DNA from: Flavobacterium sp.
GTDB taxonomy: Bacteria > Bacteroidota > Bacteroidia > Flavobacteriales > Flavobacteriaceae
DNA: 64,000 nt
Direction: 5' to 3'
NCBI GenBank assembly: GCA_049841115.1
Contig: JASGHQ010000008.1
Span: forward strand, 1,073-65,072
Positions within the stretch are counted from its first letter, which is position 1, and every line of letters starts with the position of its first letter. The position numbers and the translations under genes are program-made. Positions 19,543-28,187 of the stretch are shown in pieces. The notes under the pieces are model-generated. The model had not been told where the DNA came from. It was given only the letters and a program-made list of their open reading frames with translations, and ran no database searches.

Positions 19543-19573
19543 AAAAAACGTCCCAAAGTTGGGACGTTTTTTT
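19543..19573. terminator. Bidirectional Rho-independent terminator
   Basis: AAAAAACGTCCCAA-ag-TTGGGACGTTTTTT between convergent genes. Confidence 0.8.
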
Positions 19574-19588
19574 ATGGCTGAATTTTAT

Positions 19589-20428
19589 TTAGAAAACCCT
19601 TAGCAGGTTAAACCCAAAGAAAATATCGCCTTTGGTCCAATCGCCCGTTGTATTACCCAAAAAGCCTGCCTCGTGCATCCCTTGTGAGCTGCTGAAGTGC
19701 ATCTGGAATACGTGTCCGCCGGTATCCAGGTCAACCCCGATAGAAAGCGGGTTTTTGTAAGGCGAGGTGCTTGATCTGTTTAAATGCGCCGCATAGTCAA
19801 CGTTAACGGACCAGCGTTTTGCAAATTTGTATCTTCCTCCCATCCCGATGGCATATTGGCTGTTATCCTGGTTATCATCGATTACAAAATTCTCATGGAA
19901 AAATGTCGGCGCAACTTCCAGTGACAATTTGCTGTTTATTTTCCTGGAAACCAATAATTGGGCTACATAAATCATTCTGTCTTCAAACTTCATTTTGGGA
20001 TACAGGCTTTCTTTCAATGCATTATTAAAGGCTACGCTCGTAAATGCTGCGATGGCAACCGGAAAACCGTTTTCTTCCTGTGACTTCAATAAAAATTTAC
20101 CCCCAAAATCATATGCTAGTTCGCTCCTTGCCGCGCTTACAGTAAACCAATCGTTAACCCCATAAAGAAATTTTAATTGGGTAACCGCATTGTCCAATCC
20201 GTAGGCCCCTTCAAATCCATCTTTTACAGAACTGAACCTGTGGGCCACAATAAAATAAAAATCGCCTTTGGCGGCCAATTTTGTCGATTCGAGATTGACA
20301 ATCTTCAGTGCTTTAAAAGCCGATTCGACTTTTACTTTTTGCGTAGCCGTAGAATCTACTTCTTTGAGCAAATCATCTTGGGCAAACATGGTAAATGGCA
20401 GTAATAAGAGTAGGGTAATTTTCTTCAT
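19589..20428 (-). CDS. DUF5777-family outer-membrane beta-barrel protein
   Basis: Signal peptide; F.ALKIVNLEST, VAHRF, PLSIGVDLDTGGHVFQMHFS; ends in FNLLRVF (C-terminal aromatic typical of OMPs). Confidence 0.8.
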   Translation of the reverse strand: MKKITLLLLLPFTMFAQDDLLKEVDSTATQKVKVESAFKALKIVNLESTKLAAKGDFYFIVAHRFSSVKDGFEGAYGLDNAVTQLKFLYGVNDWFTVSAARSELAYDFGGKFLLKSQEENGFPVAIAAFTSVAFNNALKESLYPKMKFEDRMIYVAQLLVSRKINSKLSLEVAPTFFHENFVIDDNQDNSQYAIGMGGRYKFAKRWSVNVDYAAHLNRSSTSPYKNPLSIGVDLDTGGHVFQMHFSSSQGMHEAGFLGNTTGDWTKGDIFFGFNLLRVF

Positions 20429-20452
20429 AGTTGTTATTAATTTAGTTCTTTA

Positions 20453-20839
20453 TCATTTTATTGTGCACTGGTCCATTTGGATTTCCCCCAGTAAGTCATC
20501 GTAACCAACGACACGGCCCTTCAAAACTACAGCATTTTGAGGCTTTAAATCGGCTGGTATACCTTTTGTACACCTGGCCGAAAGCTTTTCATCCACCATA
20601 ATTAATTTATTTTGCGGATCGACATTTGTGATTTTACCAGATATTTCAATGGTTTTGTCCAAATATTTTGCATTGGCTTTTTGGGTGTCTTTCTGGAATG
20701 CATCAAACACCTGTGCAACAGTTTCTGTGTAAGTAACAGCTTCGGAAGCGATATCCCTATGTGCCTTGTACATATATTTATAAACAACAAACGCAGTAAT
20801 CAAAATAACAGCTAATAAAATGAGGATTTTCTTTTTCAT
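20453..20839 (-). CDS. OB-fold membrane-anchored protein (tRNA_anti-like family)
   Basis: N-terminal TM; ANAKYLDKTIEISGKI, V.LKGRVVGYDDLLGEIQMDQC. Confidence 0.75.
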   Translation of the reverse strand: MKKKILILLAVILITAFVVYKYMYKAHRDIASEAVTYTETVAQVFDAFQKDTQKANAKYLDKTIEISGKITNVDPQNKLIMVDEKLSARCTKGIPADLKPQNAVVLKGRVVGYDDLLGEIQMDQCTIK

Positions 20840-20934
20840 AAAACTTAATTTTTTATTACAAATTTAATTATTTATCGATAGCTCAGAATTTTTACTAATT
20901 TTAATATAACATTATTGAATAAACCTTAATTGCC

Positions 20935-21297
20935 ATGAAATTAAAATTTACATTATTCATTTTACCATTGGTTTTCCTCCAGGCCGGGTGTACCAATGAA
21001 TCGACTTCGGATTTGATTGACGATACTGTAGTTGATGAAGTTACCTATACCAACACGGTCAAGGGCGTTATTGACAACAACTGTCTTTTTTGCCATTCCC
21101 TTCCGCCACAGAATGGGGCACCAATGGCTTTAACCACATATGCAGATGTAAAAAACGCTGTATTGTCACGGGGGCTTTTGGACAGGATTTCAAGAGCACA
21201 GGGCACGCCTGGCATGATGCCTAATGGAGGTACGCGGTTACCGCAGGCAACAATCGATAAAATCTTTGCATGGGCAAACAACGGTTTCCCGGAATAA
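20935..21297 (+). CDS. Small monoheme c-type cytochrome lipoprotein
   Basis: Lipobox QAGC; CLFCH at 21082-21096; C-terminal MP motif as candidate Met ligand. Confidence 0.8.
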   Translation: MKLKFTLFILPLVFLQAGCTNESTSDLIDDTVVDEVTYTNTVKGVIDNNCLFCHSLPPQNGAPMALTTYADVKNAVLSRGLLDRISRAQGTPGMMPNGGTRLPQATIDKIFAWANNGFPE

Positions 21298-21313
21298 TTT
21301 ATACAAACACACT

Positions 21314-21853
21314 ATGAAAACAACATTTTTAAGCTTATTGATCGCAATTGGGATGAGCGGTTATGCCCAAACCAAAATGGTTTCCAAAACCGGAAAGATA
21401 ACTTTTGAAGCTTCGGTTCCAGCTTTTGAGGAGGTAAAAGCCTCCAACCAGTCGGCAACCGTAGTCTTGAACCCGGCTACGGGAGAAATCGCAAGCCTTG
21501 CCCTGGTTAAGGGATTCCGCTTTAAAGTAGCATTGATGGAAGAGCATTTCAACGAAAATTATATGGAAAGCGATACCTATCCGAAAGCAACCTTTAAAGG
21601 GAAAATTGAAAACTTCGACGTTTCTAAACTGAATGCCACAGCGCAATCCTTTACAATAAAAGGAAAAATGGAAATGCACGGAAAATCAAAAGACATCAGC
21701 ATCACAGCCTCTATCAAAAAAACTGGGGACGGAATCGACATTGATTCTAATTTTACCCTAAACACCGACGATTACGGAATTGATATCCCGAGTGTCGTGA
21801 GCAAGAAAGTCTCCAAAAAAGTAGCCGTCACGCTCGACGCCACCTTAAAATAA
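21314..21853 (+). CDS. YceI-family protein
   Basis: Start moved to ATG 21314 (MKTTFLSLLIA signal peptide); LMEEHFNENYMESDTYPKATFKG, KMEMHGKSK, DYGIDIP. Confidence 0.88.
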   Translation: MKTTFLSLLIAIGMSGYAQTKMVSKTGKITFEASVPAFEEVKASNQSATVVLNPATGEIASLALVKGFRFKVALMEEHFNENYMESDTYPKATFKGKIENFDVSKLNATAQSFTIKGKMEMHGKSKDISITASIKKTGDGIDIDSNFTLNTDDYGIDIPSVVSKKVSKKVAVTLDATLK

Positions 21854-21858
21854 AAAGA

Positions 21859-21883
21859 AAAGCTGTAATTAGATTACAGCTTT
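21859..21883. terminator. Bidirectional terminator hairpin
   Basis: AAAGCTGTAAT-tag-ATTACAGCTTT between convergent genes. Confidence 0.65.
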
Positions 21884-22830
21884 ATTTTTTCATGCCAATT
21901 GAGTTTGTCAATATGAAGGATGGTTTTATTCTGATTATCACTCCGTGTAAACATTGGCAAAAACTTTGCTCCATAAACAATTTCACTAAACGAATACGAT
22001 GAGCGCCTTACCACGGTAGTACTGAACATATCGTCAAAAACCTTCAGGAAAACCAGGACTTCCCCTTCGATAGCAGCATAATCTTCCTGCATTAAATTGT
22101 AAAGCGGGCTGCTTTCCGTTATTGGATGTACCAATGTCCAGCTCAAATTGAGTGCGTTGATTTTTGACAGCTCTAAATCGAGATTATAAAATTTATTGAC
22201 CACCGTTCCTTTTTCATCCAATTTCATACCTAAAGTCATCTTGACTTCAGCATCGGTAAGATTGGTATTTTTGAAAGGCGTAAGCCTTAGCATTAGTGCG
22301 GTTCCGTCTTTATAAGGAGCAATCAATGCATTTTCCGAAAACTTAATGTGCGCTTTGGGTTTGCTGAACCTTCCGTAAAACAAACCTGTAGCTATCGCAA
22401 AACTCAACAAGCCAAACAGCGCCTCGACAGCAGCAATAAAGCTGGTGATGAAACCGCTCGGACTCACATGCCCGTAACCAACCGTGGTAAACGTCTGGAC
22501 GCTAAAGAAAAAAGCCTGTCCAAACTTATCCAAAGGTGCAACAGCATTGACACCCGTGAGGTGCTCAACGCCGATTCCGTAATAAATGCTGGCAAAAAGG
22601 AAATTGACGAAAAAGTAAAAAACCACAATGATTACAAAGAATTTCCAGCGCGGAATGTTTACCATCGTGTGGTACCAGCTGATACCTTCAAAAAAATCAA
22701 TACCCGAAGTCTTGACATTGGCATTGCCACTTTTGGTAAAAAACCTTCCGCCATAATTCGACGCATTCGTGCCGAAACCGGTATTGGAATCCGATTTGGC
22801 CTTGCTGTTTATCTTCTTTAAAAGCTGCAT
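21874..22830 (-). CDS. Inward-rectifier-type potassium channel (KirBac-like)
   Basis: AFFFSVQTFTTVGYG selectivity filter; two TMs; cytoplasmic ARF.KP / L.WTLVHPITESSPL domain. Confidence 0.9.
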   Translation of the reverse strand: MQLLKKINSKAKSDSNTGFGTNASNYGGRFFTKSGNANVKTSGIDFFEGISWYHTMVNIPRWKFFVIIVVFYFFVNFLFASIYYGIGVEHLTGVNAVAPLDKFGQAFFFSVQTFTTVGYGHVSPSGFITSFIAAVEALFGLLSFAIATGLFYGRFSKPKAHIKFSENALIAPYKDGTALMLRLTPFKNTNLTDAEVKMTLGMKLDEKGTVVNKFYNLDLELSKINALNLSWTLVHPITESSPLYNLMQEDYAAIEGEVLVFLKVFDDMFSTTVVRRSSYSFSEIVYGAKFLPMFTRSDNQNKTILHIDKLNWHEKIKL

Positions 22831-22834
22831 CTCC

Positions 22835-23329
22835 TTAAATTGGCTTTTCCATTATAAAATCATCCATCACATAGCCGCTGCCAATATCGATTACAACATC
22901 GTCTGCAACCGTAAAGCCGATCTTACCGTAAAAATGCTGCGCCACATTGTTTTTATTGACATTCAAAAGCAATGACTGCTGATTGTTTTTACGCGCTTCT
23001 TCAGTAATATAATCAATCAGGAACTTCCCGGTTCCTTTGCCCTGCTGGCTGGAAAGGATATAAATCTTATGGATTTTAGTCTTTGATGTGCCATCGTAGT
23101 TATATTCAAACGCGGCAAAACCCACCGGGCTCTCGTCTTCCATCGCCAGGATAAAATGGTGCCCTTTTTCAAACTGTTCCTGTAAAGCAGAAACGCTATA
23201 CATCATCACCATCATGTATTCCAACTGTTTTTGGCTCAGAATAGAACCGTAGGCAATTGGCCAAACCTCTTCGGCAATCGCCCTGATATGGGTAAAATAC
23301 TGGTCTGTATTGTTTTGGATTGTAATCAT
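22835..23329 (-). CDS. GNAT-family N-acetyltransferase
   Basis: QQGKGTGK acetyl-CoA motif; LNVNKNN.AQHFY.KIGF. Confidence 0.88.
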   Translation of the reverse strand: MITIQNNTDQYFTHIRAIAEEVWPIAYGSILSQKQLEYMMVMMYSVSALQEQFEKGHHFILAMEDESPVGFAAFEYNYDGTSKTKIHKIYILSSQQGKGTGKFLIDYITEEARKNNQQSLLLNVNKNNVAQHFYGKIGFTVADDVVIDIGSGYVMDDFIMEKPI

Positions 23330-23403
23330 TGTTTTAAGTTTTGCCCCTCAAAATTAGAAATAAATTTAATAGCTTTACATTTTGATTTTTATATCTACCG
23401 CCT

Positions 23404-24453
23404 ATGTCTAAAAGTCCCATCAGAAAAGACAAAACCTGCCTGAATTGTAAATACGTAGTAGAAAATAGATTTTGCCCTAATTGCGGCCAGGAAAATACCG
23501 ATACGCGAAAAACATTCCACCATCTGTTTGTGCATTTCTTTGAGGATCTGACCCATTACGAAAACGCCTTCTGGAAAACAATTAAGAATTTATTGATCAG
23601 GCCTTCATCGCTTACAAAAGAATATCTTTCGGGCAAACGCCTTTCTTATCTGGCACCGGTTAGATTATATATTTTCATCAGCTTTGTGACATTTTTCATC
23701 CTTTCTGTTTTTCCAAACAAATCAGATGATTTGGTCGATATTGACGAAACAGCAAAAGTCCGTGTAAAGGATAAAGACGGCAATATGGTGGACAGCGTTG
23801 CCCAAAAACAGGTCAAGATGTCGGAACTGGTGGAAGAAAGCTATCAGAAAGACAAACACCTTTCCTACGAAGAACAAAACAAGGATTTCATTAATTTTGG
23901 CTACGATTCGCTCAAAGAATTGGATTCGCTTCAAAAATACGGGCCAAAAAAGGACCGGCTTGAGGGTTATCAATACACGCTCGTCAGGAAAACCCTGGAA
24001 GTAAAGGCAAAATACAACAAAAAGGAGCTTTGGGAGAAGTTTGGTGAATCTGCCTGGCATAATTTCCCTAAAGCCATGTTTATCTACATGCCGTTATTTG
24101 CTTTTGTCCTATGGCTTTTCCATGGCAAAAAGCGCTGGTTTTATTTTGACCACGGCATCTTTACACTGCATTATTTTTCGTTTTTGCTATTAATGGCATT
24201 GCTGATATCCTTCTTCAACAGGCTTATGAATTGCCTTCCCGACAATACACTTACCAATATAATTTCGGGTATTGGAAGAGGTGCTGCCTTCATTTGGTTC
24301 CTCTACTATTTCTTTCCGGCTCACCATCGCTTTTACGGTGAAACCCGGATGGTTTCCTTCCTCAAAAGCATCACGATGTTTTTCATCAATATGATCCTGA
24401 TGGGAATTGTGCTTTTGGTCTTTATGGTTTACACATTCATCAATATCCATTAA
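23404..24453 (+). CDS. DUF3667 domain membrane protein
   Basis: CLNC...FCPNCGQ zinc ribbon, FWKTIKNLLIRP, YLSGKRLSY..PVRLY. Confidence 0.85.
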   Translation: MSKSPIRKDKTCLNCKYVVENRFCPNCGQENTDTRKTFHHLFVHFFEDLTHYENAFWKTIKNLLIRPSSLTKEYLSGKRLSYLAPVRLYIFISFVTFFILSVFPNKSDDLVDIDETAKVRVKDKDGNMVDSVAQKQVKMSELVEESYQKDKHLSYEEQNKDFINFGYDSLKELDSLQKYGPKKDRLEGYQYTLVRKTLEVKAKYNKKELWEKFGESAWHNFPKAMFIYMPLFAFVLWLFHGKKRWFYFDHGIFTLHYFSFLLLMALLISFFNRLMNCLPDNTLTNIISGIGRGAAFIWFLYYFFPAHHRFYGETRMVSFLKSITMFFINMILMGIVLLVFMVYTFINIH

Positions 24454-24457
24454 AAAT

Positions 24458-25480
24458 ATGAGGAAAATAACCGCATTATTGCTATTGGCGTTACTTACCG
24501 TAAACTGTGCAACCAAAAAGAAGCCAGCCAAAACGGTTGACACTTCTGTTTATTTTCCTGATATTTCCACCGAAAGAATGGAAGAAAACCTGACAGTAAT
24601 CGCTTCTGACGAAATGGAAGGGCGCGATACCGGAAGCGAAGGCCAGAAAAAGGCAGGGCGCTATATGATTGAATTCTATAAAAAAAATGGAATCGGTTTT
24701 CCAAAAGGCGCCACCGATTATTACCAGCATATCCCCGCTTCCTACCTGAATGCCAAACGCAACGAAAACCTGAATGATTCTGAAAACATCTGGGCTTATA
24801 TTGAAGGTTCTGAAAAACCTGAAGAGATTGTAGTGATTTCGGCACATTACGACCATGTGGGCACCAAACGCGGCGAGGTGTATAATGGCGCCGACGACGA
24901 CGGTTCTGGTACGGTAGCCATCATGGAAATTGCCGCTGCTTTCCAAAAAGCGAAAAATGAAGGACACGGACCAAAGCGTTCGATCCTGATCCTGCACATG
25001 ACCGGCGAAGAGCACGGACTGCACGGCTCGCGCTTTTATTCTGAAAATCCGATTTTTCCATTGGCCAATACTGTTGCCGATGTCAATATCGACATGATCG
25101 GGCGCCGTGACACCCTGCACCCTGACACCAACAATTACCTATACCTGATCGGTTCCGATTACCTTTCTTCGGATTTATACAACATTTGCGAAGAGGTAAA
25201 CAATAAATACAAATTCCTGACGCTGGATTACAAATACAACGACAAGAAAGACCCAAACCGCTTTTATTACCGTTCCGACCATTACAATTTTGCCAAAAAC
25301 GGCATTCCGGTAGTTTTCCTTTTTAATGGAACGCATGAGGATTACCACAAGCCTACCGACGAGGTCACCAAAATAGAGTTTGATGCCTTAACGGTCAGAA
25401 CCAAATTCGCTTTTGCGATTGCCTGGGAGATTGCCAACCGCGAAAATAAATTAGTTGTCGATAAGACTGATGGGAGATAA
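24458..25480 (+). CDS. M28-family metallopeptidase lipoprotein
   Basis: Start ATG 24458; lipobox TVNC; SAHYDH, GADDDGSG, GEEHGLHGS, NIDMIGR, RSDHYNF, DYH. Confidence 0.92.
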   Translation: MRKITALLLLALLTVNCATKKKPAKTVDTSVYFPDISTERMEENLTVIASDEMEGRDTGSEGQKKAGRYMIEFYKKNGIGFPKGATDYYQHIPASYLNAKRNENLNDSENIWAYIEGSEKPEEIVVISAHYDHVGTKRGEVYNGADDDGSGTVAIMEIAAAFQKAKNEGHGPKRSILILHMTGEEHGLHGSRFYSENPIFPLANTVADVNIDMIGRRDTLHPDTNNYLYLIGSDYLSSDLYNICEEVNNKYKFLTLDYKYNDKKDPNRFYYRSDHYNFAKNGIPVVFLFNGTHEDYHKPTDEVTKIEFDALTVRTKFAFAIAWEIANRENKLVVDKTDGR

Positions 25481-25488
25481 CTAAAACC

Positions 25489-25515
25489 AAAAAAGCCTCC
25501 GTTACTGGAGGCTTT
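25489..25515. terminator. Bidirectional terminator
   Basis: AAAGCCTCC-gttact-GGAGGCTTT between the peptidase and the tRNA. Confidence 0.75.
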
Positions 25516-25523
25516 GCTTTCTG

Positions 25524-25597
<74 letters not shown>

Positions 25598-25635
25598 ATT
25601 TATTTTGCAGACAGCCTTAAGGCTCTTTGCGGGTG

Positions 25636-25666
25636 CAAATATAGTGCAAAAGTTAACTTCTGCAAA
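25636..25666 (-). promoter_or_regulatory. Bacteroidota -33/-7 promoter of tRNA-His
   Basis: TTTG (25666-25663), 19-nt spacer, TATATTTG (25643-25636). Confidence 0.8.
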
Positions 25667-25681
25667 GATTTTTTATTTTTT

Positions 25682-26399
25682 TTAAATCAAATCGGCTAAG
25701 CTGTTCACTGCCACATACCTTTCTACCGTAAATCCTTCGGCATGCTCCACGCCTACCAGCCTTCCGAAATCCTGCGAACGGTAATGGATGCTCTCCAAAA
25801 AGTTTTTGGTTGCTATCGGGGTAACCGGCTCTTTCGAATCCTCCGAATAAAACTGTGAACCATAAGCCAATATCGAAGCCGTTTTCTGCTCAATAAAACC
25901 GGAAATATCTACCACAAAATCGGGTTCGATGTTTTCCCACTGAATGTAATGGTAAACCACTTTGGGCCTCCAGGCCTGCTGGCTATTCCCATCAAAGGAA
26001 GTTCTCAATTCTCCTCAGCCCTGATAAAAAACAGGCATCCGACACCAGCTTGCTCCCTTTTCCATGATCGATATGGCGGTCGCGTATTGCATTGCAGATC
26101 ACTATTTCGGGCTGGTATTTACGTACCATCTGGATGATCTTCATCTGATGCGCTTCATCGTTTACAAAAAAACCATCGCGCATGTCCAGGTTCTCGCGTA
26201 CCGAAATCCCTAATATTTCCGAGGCTTTCGCCGATTCGGCATTCCTGATTTCTACCGAACCTCGGGTTCCTAATTCGCCACGGGTCAGATCGATGATGCC
26301 CACTTTTTTGCCAAGCGAGATCTCTTTTGCCAATGTTCCGCTGCAGCCTAATTCTACATCGTCCGGGTGCGCCCCAAATGCTAATATGTCTAATTTCAT
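25682..26399 (-). pseudogene. bshB1: Bacillithiol biosynthesis deacetylase BshB1, split by a +1 frameshift near 26003-26004
   Basis: N-half (AHPDDVELGCSG, RHIDH) and C-half (WRPKVVYHYIQW, PDFVVDIS, YGSQF, VEHAEGF) are in different frames; ATT GAG A ACT TCC contains one extra base. Could be a sequencing error. Confidence 0.85.
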
Positions 26400-26479
26400 G
26401 ATTATTTTAAATTTTAGATTATAAATTACTGATTTTTAAACGCTTCTACTTTCATTTAAAATTTAGAATTTATAATAAT

Positions 26480-27544
26480 TCAGCCTATTATCTTCTTCAT
26501 TGTCATCGTTTTATTGATTGTTTCCTGGTATTCCGCCTCCGGATTACTGTCTTTGGTAACACCGCAGCCCACAAAAAGCTGTGCCTTGTCTTTAAGTATT
26601 TTCATGCAGCGCAGGTTGACAAACAAATCGGTCTGCATCGTCCGGAACGAAACCAGATCAATATTCAGCTCGCCAAGGTAACCCGAATAATATTCGCGGT
26701 TATAGCCTTCATTTATCCTGATGAAAGTCTTGGCAGGCTCTTTCGGAAGCCCGCACACCGCCGATGTTGGATGCAGTGATGCAATGATTTTCTTTAAAAA
26801 GCGCTTCGATTTTATCGTTGCCGAAATATCGGTCTTGATGTGCCATAAATTCCCGGCTTTTACCGAATACGGACTCGAAAGCGTGACTTCCTTAACCAAA
26901 TCTCTCAGCCCGTCTACAATGAAATCGGTAACCAGCTGCTGCTCGTTCTTCTCCTTATCTTCCCAGACCGGATTTTTTGCCCCGCTTACCAATTGCGTTC
27001 CGGCAAGCGCCACTGTTTTGATCGCATTGCCATCGGTTTTTAGGAATTGCTCAGGTGTTGCGCCAATCCATGTTCCTATTTTTGGATGCGAAAAACAATA
27101 TTTAAAGGCATCAGGATACTGGTAAATCATCCTGCGCATCGTCGACTGAATGTCAAAATCAGCAATAGGGACTTCTTCCCTTCTGGACAAAACCACTTTT
27201 GAAAACTCATCAGCTTCTATGGCTTCAACGCCTTTGGCAACCAATTCTTCAAAAAAATCTTTTCCGACATTACTATTCGGGTTTACCGCCGGAGATTCAA
27301 AATGAAAGTTCTTGCTGTGGACAGTTTCAACATAAATATCGGCATGTTCCAAAGGGATAAACGGAATTTCATCGGCGTCAAAAGGCGCAAAAACAAAACC
27401 TTTTTCCTCAAAAGTTTCAAGGAAATAAATATGGTCATTCTTCTGAAAAACCCCAACAACCTTATCGGATCCGGGCTTGCAGAACAATGCGAACGGCAGA
27501 TTCTGCCCCTGCTGGATTTTGACTTTTAAAAACAGGTCGGTCAT
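26480..27544 (-). CDS. Isochorismate synthase / chorismate-binding protein (MenF-like)
   Basis: KVVLSR, WIGATPE, LAGT, KEKNEQQLV, LHPTSAVCGLP, REYYSG, FVNLRC, GCGVTKDS..EAE. Confidence 0.88.
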   Translation of the reverse strand: MTDLFLKVKIQQGQNLPFALFCKPGSDKVVGVFQKNDHIYFLETFEEKGFVFAPFDADEIPFIPLEHADIYVETVHSKNFHFESPAVNPNSNVGKDFFEELVAKGVEAIEADEFSKVVLSRREEVPIADFDIQSTMRRMIYQYPDAFKYCFSHPKIGTWIGATPEQFLKTDGNAIKTVALAGTQLVSGAKNPVWEDKEKNEQQLVTDFIVDGLRDLVKEVTLSSPYSVKAGNLWHIKTDISATIKSKRFLKKIIASLHPTSAVCGLPKEPAKTFIRINEGYNREYYSGYLGELNIDLVSFRTMQTDLFVNLRCMKILKDKAQLFVGCGVTKDSNPEAEYQETINKTMTMKKIIG

Positions 27545-27966
27545 TAGCGTCGGGGTAAAATCATGTTAGTTAATTTGCAAAGTGAGATCAGCCTGCCTTC
27601 TTCGTCTGTGATTTTTATTTCCCAAAGATGGATGCTCCGACCTTTATGGATGATTTTTGCCGTACAGAAAACCGTTCCTTCTCTTTTTGCCTTCAGGTGG
27701 TTGGCAGAAATCTCGATGCCTCGCACTTCCTGCTTTTCAGTATTTACAAACAAAAATGAAGCGGCACTTCCGACACTTTCGGCAAGGGCAACTGTAGCGC
27801 CGCCATGAAGCAGCCCCATCGGCTGGTGCACTCTTGGATTGACAGGCATTTTGGCGGTCAGGAAATCTTCTCCGGCATCGATGTATTCGATTTCGAGGGT
27901 TTCCATCAGGGTATTTTTGCACCAATCGTTACACAGCTGGAGCATTTTTTCTTTATCAAACGGCAT
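27544..27966 (-). CDS. PaaI/hotdog thioesterase (MenI-like DHNA-CoA hydrolase)
   Basis: HQPMGLLHGGATVALAESVGS, GIEISANHL; start taken at ATG 27966; coupled to the isochorismate synthase gene. Confidence 0.88.
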   Translation of the reverse strand: MPFDKEKMLQLCNDWCKNTLMETLEIEYIDAGEDFLTAKMPVNPRVHQPMGLLHGGATVALAESVGSAASFLFVNTEKQEVRGIEISANHLKAKREGTVFCTAKIIHKGRSIHLWEIKITDEEGRLISLCKLTNMILPRR

Positions 27967-28187
27967 AGCTTTTTTTTTACTTCGCATGATTTGACCATAC
28001 GATCTCGAGTGTAAAAATACTAATTTATTTTCCATTGAAAAAGAGGCGCTGTGTAGCAAAGCGCAATAAAATGAGAATTTCTACGTTTTAGATAAATGGT
28101 GGAAATCACTGTATTTACAAATTTTCAAATTAGCACATTTTCAAATTAAACTTTAATACTTTACTTTTACAAAAATTCATACTGCAA

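Noticed and set aside
25990-26015. Programmed ribosomal frameshift in bshB1
   Set aside because: No slippery heptamer, homopolymer or stimulatory structure at the junction; mutation or sequencing error is simpler
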